64,000 nt of DNA from positions 9,369-73,368 of the forward strand of contig JAFCDO010000002.1 of NCBI GenBank assembly GCA_017609605.1. Reading direction: 5' to 3'. A model generated the notes under the pieces. The model did not search any database. It was not told the origin of the DNA and saw only the letters and a program-made list of their open reading frames with translations. The translations under genes were made by a program, and so were the position numbers. Positions 18,337 to 27,783 of the stretch are shown here, in pieces (the stretch's first letter is position 1; every line of letters starts with the position of its first letter). Source of the stretch: Candidatus Parvarchaeota archaeon (GTDB taxonomy: Archaea > Nanobdellota > Nanobdellia > JAAOXT01).

Positions 18337-18597
18337 TCATATTATTCCTAGTTTTGTGGCCACGTCCAAGGCGAACTGGTCTTTTGGTAACGTTATATAA
18401 GCTTTTTTTCTTCCTTTTCTGTCGTTAACTATTCTTACTTTGCTTGCTTTGGTTTTGAACAGTGTTTCGAAAGCTTTTTTGATTTGGTTTTTGTTTGCTT
18501 TCGAGTCCACGACGAACATGATCACGTTTTGTGATTCCATGGTTCGCACAGCTTTTTCTGTTGCCAGCGCGTATTTTAGGATTTGGAATTCGTTCAT
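18337..18597 (-). CDS. rpl23: 50S ribosomal protein L23 (uL23)
   Basis: 86-aa uL23 fold; operon position. Confidence 0.85.
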   Translation of the reverse strand: MNEFQILKYALATEKAVRTMESQNVIMFVVDSKANKNQIKKAFETLFKTKASKVRIVNDRKGRKKAYITLPKDQFALDVATKLGII

Positions 18598-19427
18598 GCG
18601 TACAGACCCTCTTCTTCCATTTTTTTAAGTGATTGTTCCGTCCACAAGGTCAGTCTTCCCGCGTGGGTTCCTGGAGCTAGTTTTTTGGCGTTTAACTCGT
18701 TTACAGGAGTTACTTCGACTCCTGGAACGTTCTTCGCGCTTTTCATCAATCCTGTTTCAGAGCTTGAAACCACGATTAGTGGTCCAACCGCTTTTTTGTA
18801 TTTTCTTCCGCGCATTTTGCCTTTGCCAGCCCTGATTCTTTTAACCGCTGACCTTTCCAGTTCTTGTTTTAACCCAATGGATTCAAGTAGTTTCACGACT
18901 TTTTGGGTTTTATCAATTTTTTCTGCTTGGCTTTCAAGAACCATGAAAGCTTCACTGGTTTTGTGCCCTCTTTTTTGAACTATGTCTAGCAGTGTGGTCG
19001 CGTTTATAGCGCTTCTAATAGCTTTTTTGTATTCTTTATTGTTGATTTTTTTGATAATGATTTTCTCGCTTTTAGGAGGGTTTGAGCGCCTGCCTTTAAC
19101 AGTGTTAGGGGCTTCAGCGCCTTTGAACAGGCGGAATCTCATGACTCCGAGCCAGCCGCCACCAATTCTTCCCATTATTTTTCTTGGCGTCCTGCTTATT
19201 CCTTGGTTATACGTGGTTCTCCACTTTCTTTGTCTTCTTTTATACCATCGCGTGCTGTGTTTTAGGCCTGCTTTCGGGTCCCTGCCTTGGGGCTGGTATT
19301 CTAATGATTGTTCAGATATGACTGCTCTTTTGATTATGACTGGGTTGTAAGGTTCGTTGAATTGTTTTGGCACAACCACTTTTTTAGCTGTTATTTTGCC
19401 GGTTATAGAGTATAATTTTGGTTTCAT
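18594..19427 (-). CDS. rpl4: 50S ribosomal protein L4 (uL4)
   Basis: …GRIGGGWLGVMRFRLFKGAEAPNTVKGRRSN… loop region; operon position. Confidence 0.85.
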   Translation of the reverse strand: MKPKLYSITGKITAKKVVVPKQFNEPYNPVIIKRAVISEQSLEYQPQGRDPKAGLKHSTRWYKRRQRKWRTTYNQGISRTPRKIMGRIGGGWLGVMRFRLFKGAEAPNTVKGRRSNPPKSEKIIIKKINNKEYKKAIRSAINATTLLDIVQKRGHKTSEAFMVLESQAEKIDKTQKVVKLLESIGLKQELERSAVKRIRAGKGKMRGRKYKKAVGPLIVVSSSETGLMKSAKNVPGVEVTPVNELNAKKLAPGTHAGRLTLWTEQSLKKMEEEGLYA

Positions 19428-20359
19428 TGGATTACCTCATTGATTTCAGGGGGTGGCAATTGTTTTTGTTGTCTTACAGGTTTTCTTAGCATGATTAACC
19501 TTTTTCTGGGTCCTTGCACGCTTCCTTTTACGAGTAAGTATTTGCCTTTGATTTGACCGTAGTTTTTGAAACCGCTTTTTGGTGTAATGTCAGCTTCCCC
19601 TATCTTGAGCACCCATTTATTGTACTCTGTTCTCCGATGGAATCCCATTTGCCCGAATTGAGGGGTTGTGTGTCTTGTTCTGGCTGGAGTGAAGTGTCCT
19701 ATGGTTCCCGCAGCTCGTTTGGTTTTTTCGGATTTTGCTTGCATTATGGCGACGCCGAAGCGCTTTACCGAGCCTTGAAAACCTTTTCCTTTGGTTATCG
19801 CTATCGTATCGATTTGTTCTCCTTCTTTGAACACGTCGTTAACGTTGATTTGTTTTCCTAACATTTCCTTGGCGTAAACCATTTTTTCTTGAATGTTTTT
19901 TCCGCCGATTCCTAGTTCGAATATTTCAGGAGTTTTTTTGAAAGAAGGGTTCGTGCTGACCAGAAGTCTTACTTCGTCGCAGTCTTCAACTGTTTTGGTC
20001 TCTTTTTTTTTGGGCAGCAAAATTTTTCTTTTGAGTTTTTTGTCGAGTTTGTCGGAGAAGATTTGGTTGATTGTTTTCTGGTTTTTGTAGAATTTGAGTG
20101 CGATGACATTGAGGGAAGGGGTTTCGAGAATGGTTGCGGGAACACTGATTTCCATGTTTTTTGTGGGGCTGTGCTTTCGGTTGTCGTTGATCATGACGTG
20201 TGTCATGCCTGCTTTGTATGCCGCGAACCCTAGGACGCTTGTTTGATTGGAGGTTCCCCAGTTCTTAATTCTAGGGTAGATTCTTTTAGCTCTTTTTCTT
20301 GGCCAATAGGCCATTGAGCCTCTTCTTGGAGAGTGTCTTTTTCCTATTTGGTGTGCCAT
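19424..20359 (-). CDS. rpl3: 50S ribosomal protein L3 (uL3)
   Basis: MAHQIGKRHSPRRGSMAYWPRKRA is the canonical archaeal uL3 N-terminus; first gene of the operon. Confidence 0.9.
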   Translation of the reverse strand: MAHQIGKRHSPRRGSMAYWPRKRAKRIYPRIKNWGTSNQTSVLGFAAYKAGMTHVMINDNRKHSPTKNMEISVPATILETPSLNVIALKFYKNQKTINQIFSDKLDKKLKRKILLPKKKETKTVEDCDEVRLLVSTNPSFKKTPEIFELGIGGKNIQEKMVYAKEMLGKQINVNDVFKEGEQIDTIAITKGKGFQGSVKRFGVAIMQAKSEKTKRAAGTIGHFTPARTRHTTPQFGQMGFHRRTEYNKWVLKIGEADITPKSGFKNYGQIKGKYLLVKGSVQGPRKRLIMLRKPVRQQKQLPPPEINEVIQ

Positions 20360-20475
20360 ACGACCTCACAATTTTTTTTTTGAATTCTTTTTGGGAACTC
20401 TAACTCTATCCCATTTCCCCTCTCTTTCAGCCTTCGAGTGAGTTTGCGGCTTCTACCAATAATCAAAATAGACTA

Positions 20476-20483
20476 TTTATAAA
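20476..20483. promoter_or_regulatory. candidate palindromic TATA box (TTTATAAA) in divergent intergenic region
   Basis: A perfect palindrome TTTATAAA, 50 bp upstream of the ATG at 20534 and 117 bp upstream of the rpl3 ATG (opposite strand). It is the only strong A/T box in the 174-bp spacer. Confidence 0.3.
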
Positions 20484-20533
20484 CATTATGGATTAAACTA
20501 TAGAAATCCTTATCAAATATTCTTTCGTTTTTC

Positions 20534-21439
20534 TTGTTAATGTCGTGGAAGGAGATTAGTGAAGACGAGTTCAACGATTTTCTTAGTTCCCTTCCTTCTT
20601 TTGATACTTCGGGTCGGGAGCGGAAAACCAAGAGCCTGAATTACGAAAAATACAAAGAAGGTTTCATTGAAAGTAATGAAAATCGTGAGGACGGAGTTTA
20701 CAAGGGTTTCAAAGTTTTTCATGAGGTTGTTCGTCGTTTTGAAAACGTTGGTGAAGTGAAATTTGTTGACGATGAATCTTGTCTTAAAGTAATTGAAGTT
20801 AAAGGGGTGGATTTGGGTTTTGTTCTTGAACCTTCGATTGACCCTAGCTGGATGACTGATGAAAGTGATTATAATGGTTGGCTTAATTTCTGTTTTGCGG
20901 AAATGCCTGGCGTGGACAAGGATTATCTGTTTTTTCAGGAAAGCGAGTTTGAAGGTTTGAAAAAATCGTTGGAAAGGCTTGAGTGTTCTTTAATGAAGGG
21001 GTTTCGAGGATCTCGTTTTTTTGAAGGAATCCCCAAAACGTTGTCAATGGTTGAGGACAGTGTTTTGATTCCTGAAGTAGAGGATTGTTTTCTAAGCAAT
21101 CATTTAGAAGAATATTGTCTCATAATTAAGGGGATTAAAAGCGATTACACTGATTTCTACAGGGATTTAGAAGAGGTTAGGGGTTTTGAACTTCGACCTG
21201 GTGGGTGGAAGAATTTTGATGAACAATACTTTAACTGGTGGTTTTTTTGTAAAAGTTTTCATCTTCGTTACAGGAACGCCAAGTCTTGGAGCGAGCCAGG
21301 AGTTATCTATCACCCTATTTTTCCAAGTAAAGGTTCTATAAGAACTGACAAGCTTGATTTCTGGAACGTTGAAAGCTTTGACCAGGGATTAGTTGATGAT
21401 ATCCTCGGCAGAACCTTTTTAGGGAATTATTTGTATTAA
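20534..21439 (+). CDS. hypothetical protein (cassette gene 1 of 5)
   Basis: 301 aa, acidic and Trp/Phe-rich, with no recognisable family motif. G/T-ending codon preference consistent with plus-strand skew. Confidence 0.5.
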   Translation: MLMSWKEISEDEFNDFLSSLPSFDTSGRERKTKSLNYEKYKEGFIESNENREDGVYKGFKVFHEVVRRFENVGEVKFVDDESCLKVIEVKGVDLGFVLEPSIDPSWMTDESDYNGWLNFCFAEMPGVDKDYLFFQESEFEGLKKSLERLECSLMKGFRGSRFFEGIPKTLSMVEDSVLIPEVEDCFLSNHLEEYCLIIKGIKSDYTDFYRDLEEVRGFELRPGGWKNFDEQYFNWWFFCKSFHLRYRNAKSWSEPGVIYHPIFPSKGSIRTDKLDFWNVESFDQGLVDDILGRTFLGNYLY

Positions 21440-21473
21440 AACGAAAATTATTTTAATCTCTAATGTTCTTTTA

Positions 21474-21839
21474 TTGATTTGTATGGGGGCGTCTTGTCTT
21501 TTAATAAGCCTCAGGGAACCAGTCCTTGAAGATATAGAAAACGAGATTAATAGCTGGCAGGAAGGAATTGACAACAAGTTCTTTGACAATTTGATGAGTT
21601 TGTCGGAAGAGTTGGGTACTCCCAAATCACTTTTTCCGAGGGGTCCTAACATACACGTCATTCATGGAGGTTTAGGACTGCCAAGATATTTTATTGATCC
21701 TGATAAGAAAGCTGTTGGTTTTTTCTGTTATTCTTGTAAAAAACACGTTGCGGGCATGCCAAGAGTGGAACGCGAGCAAGGTCTTGAAGAGTATTGTCCT
21801 AACTGCGACGAGTTATTATTAAGTTATGTTTTGAACTAA
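21474..21839 (+). CDS. hypothetical protein with C-terminal CxxC…CxxC zinc ribbon (cassette gene 2)
   Basis: 121 aa; FFCYSCKKH…CPNCDELL at the C-terminus. Confidence 0.45.
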   Translation: MICMGASCLLISLREPVLEDIENEINSWQEGIDNKFFDNLMSLSEELGTPKSLFPRGPNIHVIHGGLGLPRYFIDPDKKAVGFFCYSCKKHVAGMPRVEREQGLEEYCPNCDELLLSYVLN

Positions 21840-21881
21840 AACGGAAGTCTTAAAAAACTGTTTTCCGTTTTTATTCTTGTT

Positions 21882-22631
21882 ATGGAACGTTTAAGGGGTC
21901 GTTTTTACCACGCTTTACTACAGGGTGTAGGTAGGTTGGAGAACGTTATTGCTTATGATAATAGGAAGTGCAGTCCTGAAGAGTTTAAACAGGACTTGAA
22001 GATTTCTTTTATTGGTTTTCCTCAGCTTTGCTGGCGTGATAAAGAAAATTCTATTAAGTTGAGCTCTTCTTTTGCTCATGCAGAGAACGTTGGTTTTATT
22101 CCTATTGTTAGTGAAGAAGAGCTCGTGCACGGCAAGCTCCCGGGCATTAAATCTTTATTCAAGGAAGAAGGAGGTTTTGAAGCCCTGACCAGGGGTAAGG
22201 TCTTTCCTCAGGAACTCATTGATTCTTTTGATGTTGACCAGTTCATTGAAGCGAAAATTGATTACAATAACAGAAGAATTGATGATTTTGCTGAAGAGTG
22301 CGAGGATTACGGCATTTCCAAGGATTACACGACCATTTTCCCGGAGCCAAGTTTTTGGGAGGTTCCTGTTAAAGGGGGGGTTATTGATAAACTTGAGCCT
22401 TGGCCTTGGGGTTTAAGAGTCGTTGATTTCAAGACTCGTTTACCAGGCAATGATTATTTACCAGAAGTTATTGAAAGAATGTATGATTATGTTGCTAGTC
22501 TGAAAAAGGAGGGTGAAAAGGTTTACGAGCATGAGTTCACCTTAACGACTATTAAAAAAGGTGATGATTTCTGTTTTGAAGACCATGCTTTTAAGGTTCC
22601 GGTTGACGAGATTGCTCGGAGGTTGAAATGA
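21882..22631 (+). CDS. hypothetical protein (cassette gene 3)
   Basis: 249 aa, no motif recognised. Its stop overlaps the next start (ATGA at 22628). Confidence 0.5.
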   Translation: MERLRGRFYHALLQGVGRLENVIAYDNRKCSPEEFKQDLKISFIGFPQLCWRDKENSIKLSSSFAHAENVGFIPIVSEEELVHGKLPGIKSLFKEEGGFEALTRGKVFPQELIDSFDVDQFIEAKIDYNNRRIDDFAEECEDYGISKDYTTIFPEPSFWEVPVKGGVIDKLEPWPWGLRVVDFKTRLPGNDYLPEVIERMYDYVASLKKEGEKVYEHEFTLTTIKKGDDFCFEDHAFKVPVDEIARRLK

Positions 22632-23752
22632 ACTGGGAGAATTTATTGAGGTGGGATTCTAAACTCTTAAGCAAGCTCAGCCCTTTATCTCTCCAAGCGT
22701 TGTATGAAGGGGATAGGTCTTTGATTCATTCTTACCCGAACATTCATAATTTTGTTGAGGCGGGCATGAGCGAGACTCCTTTACTGATGAGTCAGGATTC
22801 GTGGGAAAATTTTTACCAGCGTTCTAAAGGTTTGTCCAGTTTTTCCCGCATCCCTACTGGCGCTGAGCTCATTGAGCAATACTTGGCCCTGCCTCCCGTG
22901 AAAGGTAAGGGTTTGGCGGTTACCACGAATGCTCAAGCACTGCTTTTGAACAAGTCTGTTTCCACGACAAGTTTTTGCCTGGACTTCTTGGCAAGATTAG
23001 GTTTAGCAACTAAGAAAAAAGTTGATTACCCTTTGGATGATTTAATTACTTCAGAACAAATGACTGATGATAGGATGGAGAAAAGAGAGCACATTCTTCC
23101 AGACGTTTACGCTTTCTCCAAAAGCCGGGGTGTAGGCAAGGTTAAGAAAAAGTTTTTGCTGGACTTGTTCTCCATGAATGTTGAAAACAATTCTTTCATT
23201 GGTGAATGGGAGTTGAAGCCTAGGAGAAGTGTGAGTCGTAACTTGTTGGATTCTTTCAATGCTAGAACTGGTTTGGTTAACGCTTCTGTTTTGGAGCAAA
23301 TGATTGTGTTCAGGCAGGAAGCGTTGATTAAGCATGGGTTGATGCGTTCAAGCGAGCGAAAAGAACTTCGGAACGGTAAGCCTCGTGGAAGAAGTTTCAC
23401 TGTTCTTCACTCAGCGTCCGGCTTGGATGATTCGTACCCTGTTGCGAAGCAAATTCCTTTGCTCGGCGTAACGCCTAGAGATAGAGTTTCTTACCCGAGC
23501 ATTCATTTAGACACGGGTTGTAGGGGGGAGTTGTTCCCTATTGGGGTTTTGAACGCTGTTCATTACGAGTTCGCGACAACCCCGAAGAAAAAGTTTTCCT
23601 TAGACGATTTGGGTGGGCGAGTCAGCGTAGATGTTGACATGCCAGACCCCGATAATTTCGTGCTAGGACCAAACAATGTTTGGGATTATGAACTACAAAT
23701 TTTTAGGTGTGAGCGTTGCGGTGAAAAGGTTTTGCCGACAATTGTGAGGTGA
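22628..23752 (+). CDS. hypothetical protein with C-terminal CxxC pair (cassette gene 4)
   Basis: 374 aa; ends …FRCERCGEKV; no family recognised. Confidence 0.5.
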   Translation: MNWENLLRWDSKLLSKLSPLSLQALYEGDRSLIHSYPNIHNFVEAGMSETPLLMSQDSWENFYQRSKGLSSFSRIPTGAELIEQYLALPPVKGKGLAVTTNAQALLLNKSVSTTSFCLDFLARLGLATKKKVDYPLDDLITSEQMTDDRMEKREHILPDVYAFSKSRGVGKVKKKFLLDLFSMNVENNSFIGEWELKPRRSVSRNLLDSFNARTGLVNASVLEQMIVFRQEALIKHGLMRSSERKELRNGKPRGRSFTVLHSASGLDDSYPVAKQIPLLGVTPRDRVSYPSIHLDTGCRGELFPIGVLNAVHYEFATTPKKKFSLDDLGGRVSVDVDMPDPDNFVLGPNNVWDYELQIFRCERCGEKVLPTIVR

Positions 23753-23758
23753 TTTGTT

Positions 23759-24394
23759 TTGGCGATTCTTAAAAAACTGGGTTTAATTGTGAATGATGAT
23801 GGGCTTGACGGGCAGGGTTTAACCAGTTATATTGAACAATTGTTTCCTAAAAAGTTGGCTGACGAATACGTTGTTAAGACGCTTTCTGAAAACGTTTTTG
23901 AGGACAGGCGCCTTGGGGTTTGGCAGTTAGTTGAAGGGAAAGAAATTTTTTTGAGAGAAGAAGTGGTTAAAAGCCTTCCCACGAATTCAATTTTTTTCGG
24001 TTACCCTAACGTTTTTCTAACTGACGCGTTAATCATGACTGAGTCTCACGTGGAAACTGTTTATGGTGGTGGAAACTCTCATAAAGGTTATTTCATTCGT
24101 TGTTTTGGTGGAAAACTCGTTGACGGAGGGTTTTCTTCTTTTGAGAATAGGTCTGCTTATGTTTGGACACGGAATCTCGATTGGGATAACTTAAATGATA
24201 GGCTTTTCAAGCAAGGAATTAGAGATGACATGCATAACATTTTTACTCATGAGGTCGGCCATCTTCTTGGGTTAAACCATCATCCCGATTGTTTGATGAA
24301 CTATAGGACTATAACTCCAGAGGATGATTTTTTCTGTGAAGAGTGCGTTGATAAGATTGAGGGTTTTTCTGATTCGGTTTTTCAGTACGCGTAA
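23759..24394 (+). CDS. archaemetzincin-like zinc metallopeptidase (cassette gene 5)
   Basis: HEVGHLLGLNHHPDCLMNYRTITPEDDFFCEEC is HExxHxxGxxH followed by C-x-M and a distal CxxC. This is the archaemetzincin (AmzA) family signature. 211 aa. Confidence 0.65.
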   Translation: MAILKKLGLIVNDDGLDGQGLTSYIEQLFPKKLADEYVVKTLSENVFEDRRLGVWQLVEGKEIFLREEVVKSLPTNSIFFGYPNVFLTDALIMTESHVETVYGGGNSHKGYFIRCFGGKLVDGGFSSFENRSAYVWTRNLDWDNLNDRLFKQGIRDDMHNIFTHEVGHLLGLNHHPDCLMNYRTITPEDDFFCEECVDKIEGFSDSVFQYA

Positions 24395-24395
24395 T

Positions 24396-25832
24396 TCATC
24401 CTTTCATTACGCCTAAAGGTCTTAACCCCGCGACCCTGTGAGCGATTCCTATTTCGTGCGATACTCTTACGACTTCGTCCAAGTCTTTGTAACTGCCCGG
24501 CGCTTCTTCTGACACCACTTTCCAACTGGCTGCGCGAAGATATATTCCTAATTTGGCCAAGTCTTTTTTTATTTGTTCTCCACGGTAAGTATGTCTCGCT
24601 TTTCCTCGGCTCATCGCCCTGCCCGCGCCGTGAGCAGTGGAGCCGAACGTTTTGTTCATGGCTTCAGGCACGCCGACTAACACCCACGAGCCAATACCCA
24701 TGTGTCCAGGGATTAACACTGGTTGTCCTACTTTCTTGTAATCTTCAGGTACTTCTTCGTGCCCTGCTGGGAACGCGCGGGTAGCGCCTTTCCTGTGCAC
24801 TATCACTTCCATTTTTTCTCCGTTAATCAAGTGGGTTTCTTGTTTTGCGATGTTGTGCGCCACGTCGTACACAATACCCATACCCAGTTCTTCGGCGCTT
24901 CGCCCAAAGACTTTTTGGAATGATTGTCGTGTCCAATGAGTTATCATTTGCCTGTTGGTCCAAGCATAGTTTGCCGCGCAATTCATTGCTTTGAAATAAT
25001 CATGGAATTCTTGCGTGCCAGAGGGGGCGTACACTAGTTGTCTGTCCGGCAACTCTTTGACTTCTTTGCTGAATCTTTGTTCGAGGATTCGAATGTAGTC
25101 TGAACAGTTTTGGTGCCCTAATCCTCGTGAGCCTGTGTGTATCATGATGCATACTTGTCCTTCTTTTAGTCCGAACGCTTCCGCGACTTCAGGGTTCTCA
25201 ATTTTTTGCACGTACTCTATTTCGACGAAGTGGTTTCCCGCGCCCAAGCTTCCGAGTTGTGGCATCCCCCGGGTTTTCGCCCTGTCCGAAACTTTTGAAG
25301 GGTCATTATTTTTTAGGCATCCGTCGGATTCAATGTGTTTTGCATCACTTTTCCACCCGTACCCTTTATTGACCGCCCACTGCACTCCTTTAGATAGGAC
25401 TTCGTCCAATTCATCTCTATTGACTCGAATTTTGCCTTTTGACCCGAGTCCTGATGGAATATTTATGAACATAGTATCAATTAGTTCTTTGATTTTCTTG
25501 GCGTCCACATCTTTTTTTTGCAGGTTAGTTCGCACGAGCCTGACTCCGCAGTTGATGTCAAAACCCACTCCTCCAGGGCTGATGAGGCCTTGTTTGGCGG
25601 CGAACGCTGCGACCCCGCCGATTGGGAACCCGTACCCCCAATGACCATCTGGGAGTACGATTGAGTGCTTGAGTATTCCTGGTAGGTGCGCCACGTTTTG
25701 GACTTGTTGCAATGTGTTGTCTTGCATCATTTTGTCAAGTATTTTTTTGGATGCGAACACTACTCCTGGCGCGTTCATCCCACCAGTTTTAGGGATTTTC
25801 CATTGGTAATCATTGATTTTTTGTATTTCCAT
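24396..25832 (-). CDS. rtcB: RNA-splicing ligase RtcB
   Basis: 478 aa with conserved RtcB blocks (…DINCGVRL…, …GAGNHFVEI…, …HMGIGSWVL…, …STAHGAGRAMSR…). Confidence 0.9.
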   Translation of the reverse strand: MEIQKINDYQWKIPKTGGMNAPGVVFASKKILDKMMQDNTLQQVQNVAHLPGILKHSIVLPDGHWGYGFPIGGVAAFAAKQGLISPGGVGFDINCGVRLVRTNLQKKDVDAKKIKELIDTMFINIPSGLGSKGKIRVNRDELDEVLSKGVQWAVNKGYGWKSDAKHIESDGCLKNNDPSKVSDRAKTRGMPQLGSLGAGNHFVEIEYVQKIENPEVAEAFGLKEGQVCIMIHTGSRGLGHQNCSDYIRILEQRFSKEVKELPDRQLVYAPSGTQEFHDYFKAMNCAANYAWTNRQMITHWTRQSFQKVFGRSAEELGMGIVYDVAHNIAKQETHLINGEKMEVIVHRKGATRAFPAGHEEVPEDYKKVGQPVLIPGHMGIGSWVLVGVPEAMNKTFGSTAHGAGRAMSRGKARHTYRGEQIKKDLAKLGIYLRAASWKVVSEEAPGSYKDLDEVVRVSHEIGIAHRVAGLRPLGVMKG

Positions 25833-25881
25833 TCTTTTTATTTTAAAGAAATATAATGGTTTTTGTGTTTAAAAAAAGTTT

Positions 25882-27282
25882 TCACGAGTAAAGATCTTCC
25901 GGGAATCTTTCTGCCTTCGTTTCTTTGATTATTTTAAGGAGATCTTCTTGCGTTATTTGTTCTTCTTGATTGAATATTTTTGTTCTTATCGTGGGAGAGA
26001 ATACTGCTTCTTTTATTCGTCTGAAAGAAAGTTTTCTTTTAACTATCTCTTTGCTTATGACACTCCAATCAATTTTTTGGAACTCTAGGCTTCCTGGTAG
26101 AGTTGGTTGAATGTAGGTTTGAAAGTATTTTTCCACGCTTTTTTGGTCCGGGTTCCCGACAAATATTTTTTGCCCGAACCTGTCGCTGACCGCGAAATCC
26201 AGTTGTTTTGGAATGTTTGTCGCAGCTATTACTGTTATCGGTTTTTGCCAGTAAGTGATTTCTGATATGAGGTCAAGTACTGCTGGAACGGTTTCCAGAA
26301 CGTCTCCTCTTATCGAACTGTTGTCTCTAGACAGGCCTATGCTTTCGAATTCGTCGAAGAATACGATTCCTTTTTTGATTTTTTTCAGGCTCTCTTTAAG
26401 GATTTCTATGTTTTGGGATGTTGTTCCCGTGAAGCTTCCCATGAGGCTTGTCGACCCTATTTTTAAGACATGTGTTTCAGGCAAATGGTTTTTTAGAATT
26501 CTAATCGCATAAGTTTTCCCGTTTCCAGGCGGGCCATGGAGGAGGATTGATCGTGGACCCCATTCCCCGTATTTTTCGGGTTTTTGCATGTAGTCAACCA
26601 CTTGTTTCATTTTTCCGACTAAATCTGATTGCCCTATGACATCGTCAAGAGTTAGTTCTCGTTTCTTGATTCTTGGCTTTGTTGTTAGCGCGTAACCACT
26701 TATTTGTTCGGGAACGCCTTTGATTGTCGTTGGGTTTTGGATGATTGCCACGCTTACATTGTTCGGACTTATTCTCTGCGCGGGTCTTGCTTTGTAGATT
26801 ATTTCTTCTATTTTGAAAGCGGTTTCAGGAACGGTCAGTTTACATAAATATTTTCCTCCACGCACTATTTTTTTTTCTTTTGATAATGAGTACTTTATCA
26901 TCGCGTTGTAAACTTCCCGCTCGAGTTCAGGTTCATCTTTTATTTTTCTATGCTGTGGAAGCAGGCTTACTTTTACAACGCCCACACTACTTTCTAAACG
27001 GGTTAAAGGTATTTCTTCGTTGACTATTATGCTATCAAGCGATGTGGGAGCAACGCGGTCAAGTCTTTCGAGTCCCTCTGAGTCTGTTATCTTGTCCACT
27101 TGGTAGTAATCGTTTTCAAAGCAGATGACTTCGCCTTGCTCTAATCCATCGAGGTACGCGCTTATGAACGCTGTCAACGAAGCAGGGTTGTACTCGCACA
27201 CCACTTCTTCTCCTGTTATATCGAAGAATGTTATAGGGGTTATTTCTATTTTGAATGGAGGGTTAGCGCTTATACTTGTCAT
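25882..27282 (-). CDS. AAA+ ATPase with uncharacterised ~220-aa N-terminal domain
   Basis: Walker A GPPGNGKT, Walker B IVFFDEFE and sensor-1 VIAATN form a classical AAA module in the C-terminal half. The N-terminal half has no recognisable family. Confidence 0.75.
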   Translation of the reverse strand: MTSISANPPFKIEITPITFFDITGEEVVCEYNPASLTAFISAYLDGLEQGEVICFENDYYQVDKITDSEGLERLDRVAPTSLDSIIVNEEIPLTRLESSVGVVKVSLLPQHRKIKDEPELEREVYNAMIKYSLSKEKKIVRGGKYLCKLTVPETAFKIEEIIYKARPAQRISPNNVSVAIIQNPTTIKGVPEQISGYALTTKPRIKKRELTLDDVIGQSDLVGKMKQVVDYMQKPEKYGEWGPRSILLHGPPGNGKTYAIRILKNHLPETHVLKIGSTSLMGSFTGTTSQNIEILKESLKKIKKGIVFFDEFESIGLSRDNSSIRGDVLETVPAVLDLISEITYWQKPITVIAATNIPKQLDFAVSDRFGQKIFVGNPDQKSVEKYFQTYIQPTLPGSLEFQKIDWSVISKEIVKRKLSFRRIKEAVFSPTIRTKIFNQEEQITQEDLLKIIKETKAERFPEDLYS

Positions 27283-27333
27283 CGTGTTTATAAAAAAAAA
27301 GTTTTCATGGTTTTAATAGTTTCGATTTCTTTT

Positions 27334-27744
27334 TTATAAGTCAAACACGACTCTCGCAACCCACTTGTCTCCTTTTTTTTTGACACTCATTTGGTGATAA
27401 GTGATTGCTTTCACCTCGTTTTCTGGTTCGTGTTTTCCAGGATTGAATTTTTCTCCGCTGGCAGTGCATTTCAGCTCGTAACCTTTTATCTTGGTTTTGT
27501 ATTTGCTGAACACTAATCCTTTGGTTTCGAACAAGTATAGTATTTCGTTTAGGAACTCGTATAGGAGGGATTCGTCGTCTTCTGCTTTCACCTTGATTTT
27601 ATGCGTGATTCTGGGCTCCACGAGTTTCGGGTCCGTCATGAGGCTGGTGAGGGCTAGGCCCGCGTTCGCGTAAGCTTCTTCTTTTGTTTTGCCGTACGCG
27701 TCTACCATTGCGTCCGCGGTGTGCTCTAGAAAACGGTATTTCAT
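27334..27744 (-). CDS. archease (RtcB activator)
   Basis: MKYRFLEHTADAMVDAYGKTKEEAYANAGLALTSLM… matches the archease N-terminal EHTAD motif; 136 aa. Confidence 0.85.
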   Translation of the reverse strand: MKYRFLEHTADAMVDAYGKTKEEAYANAGLALTSLMTDPKLVEPRITHKIKVKAEDDESLLYEFLNEILYLFETKGLVFSKYKTKIKGYELKCTASGEKFNPGKHEPENEVKAITYHQMSVKKKGDKWVARVVFDL

Positions 27745-27783
27745 TTGATTAATTATTTAAGTTAGGGTTATTAATGTTTTTTC

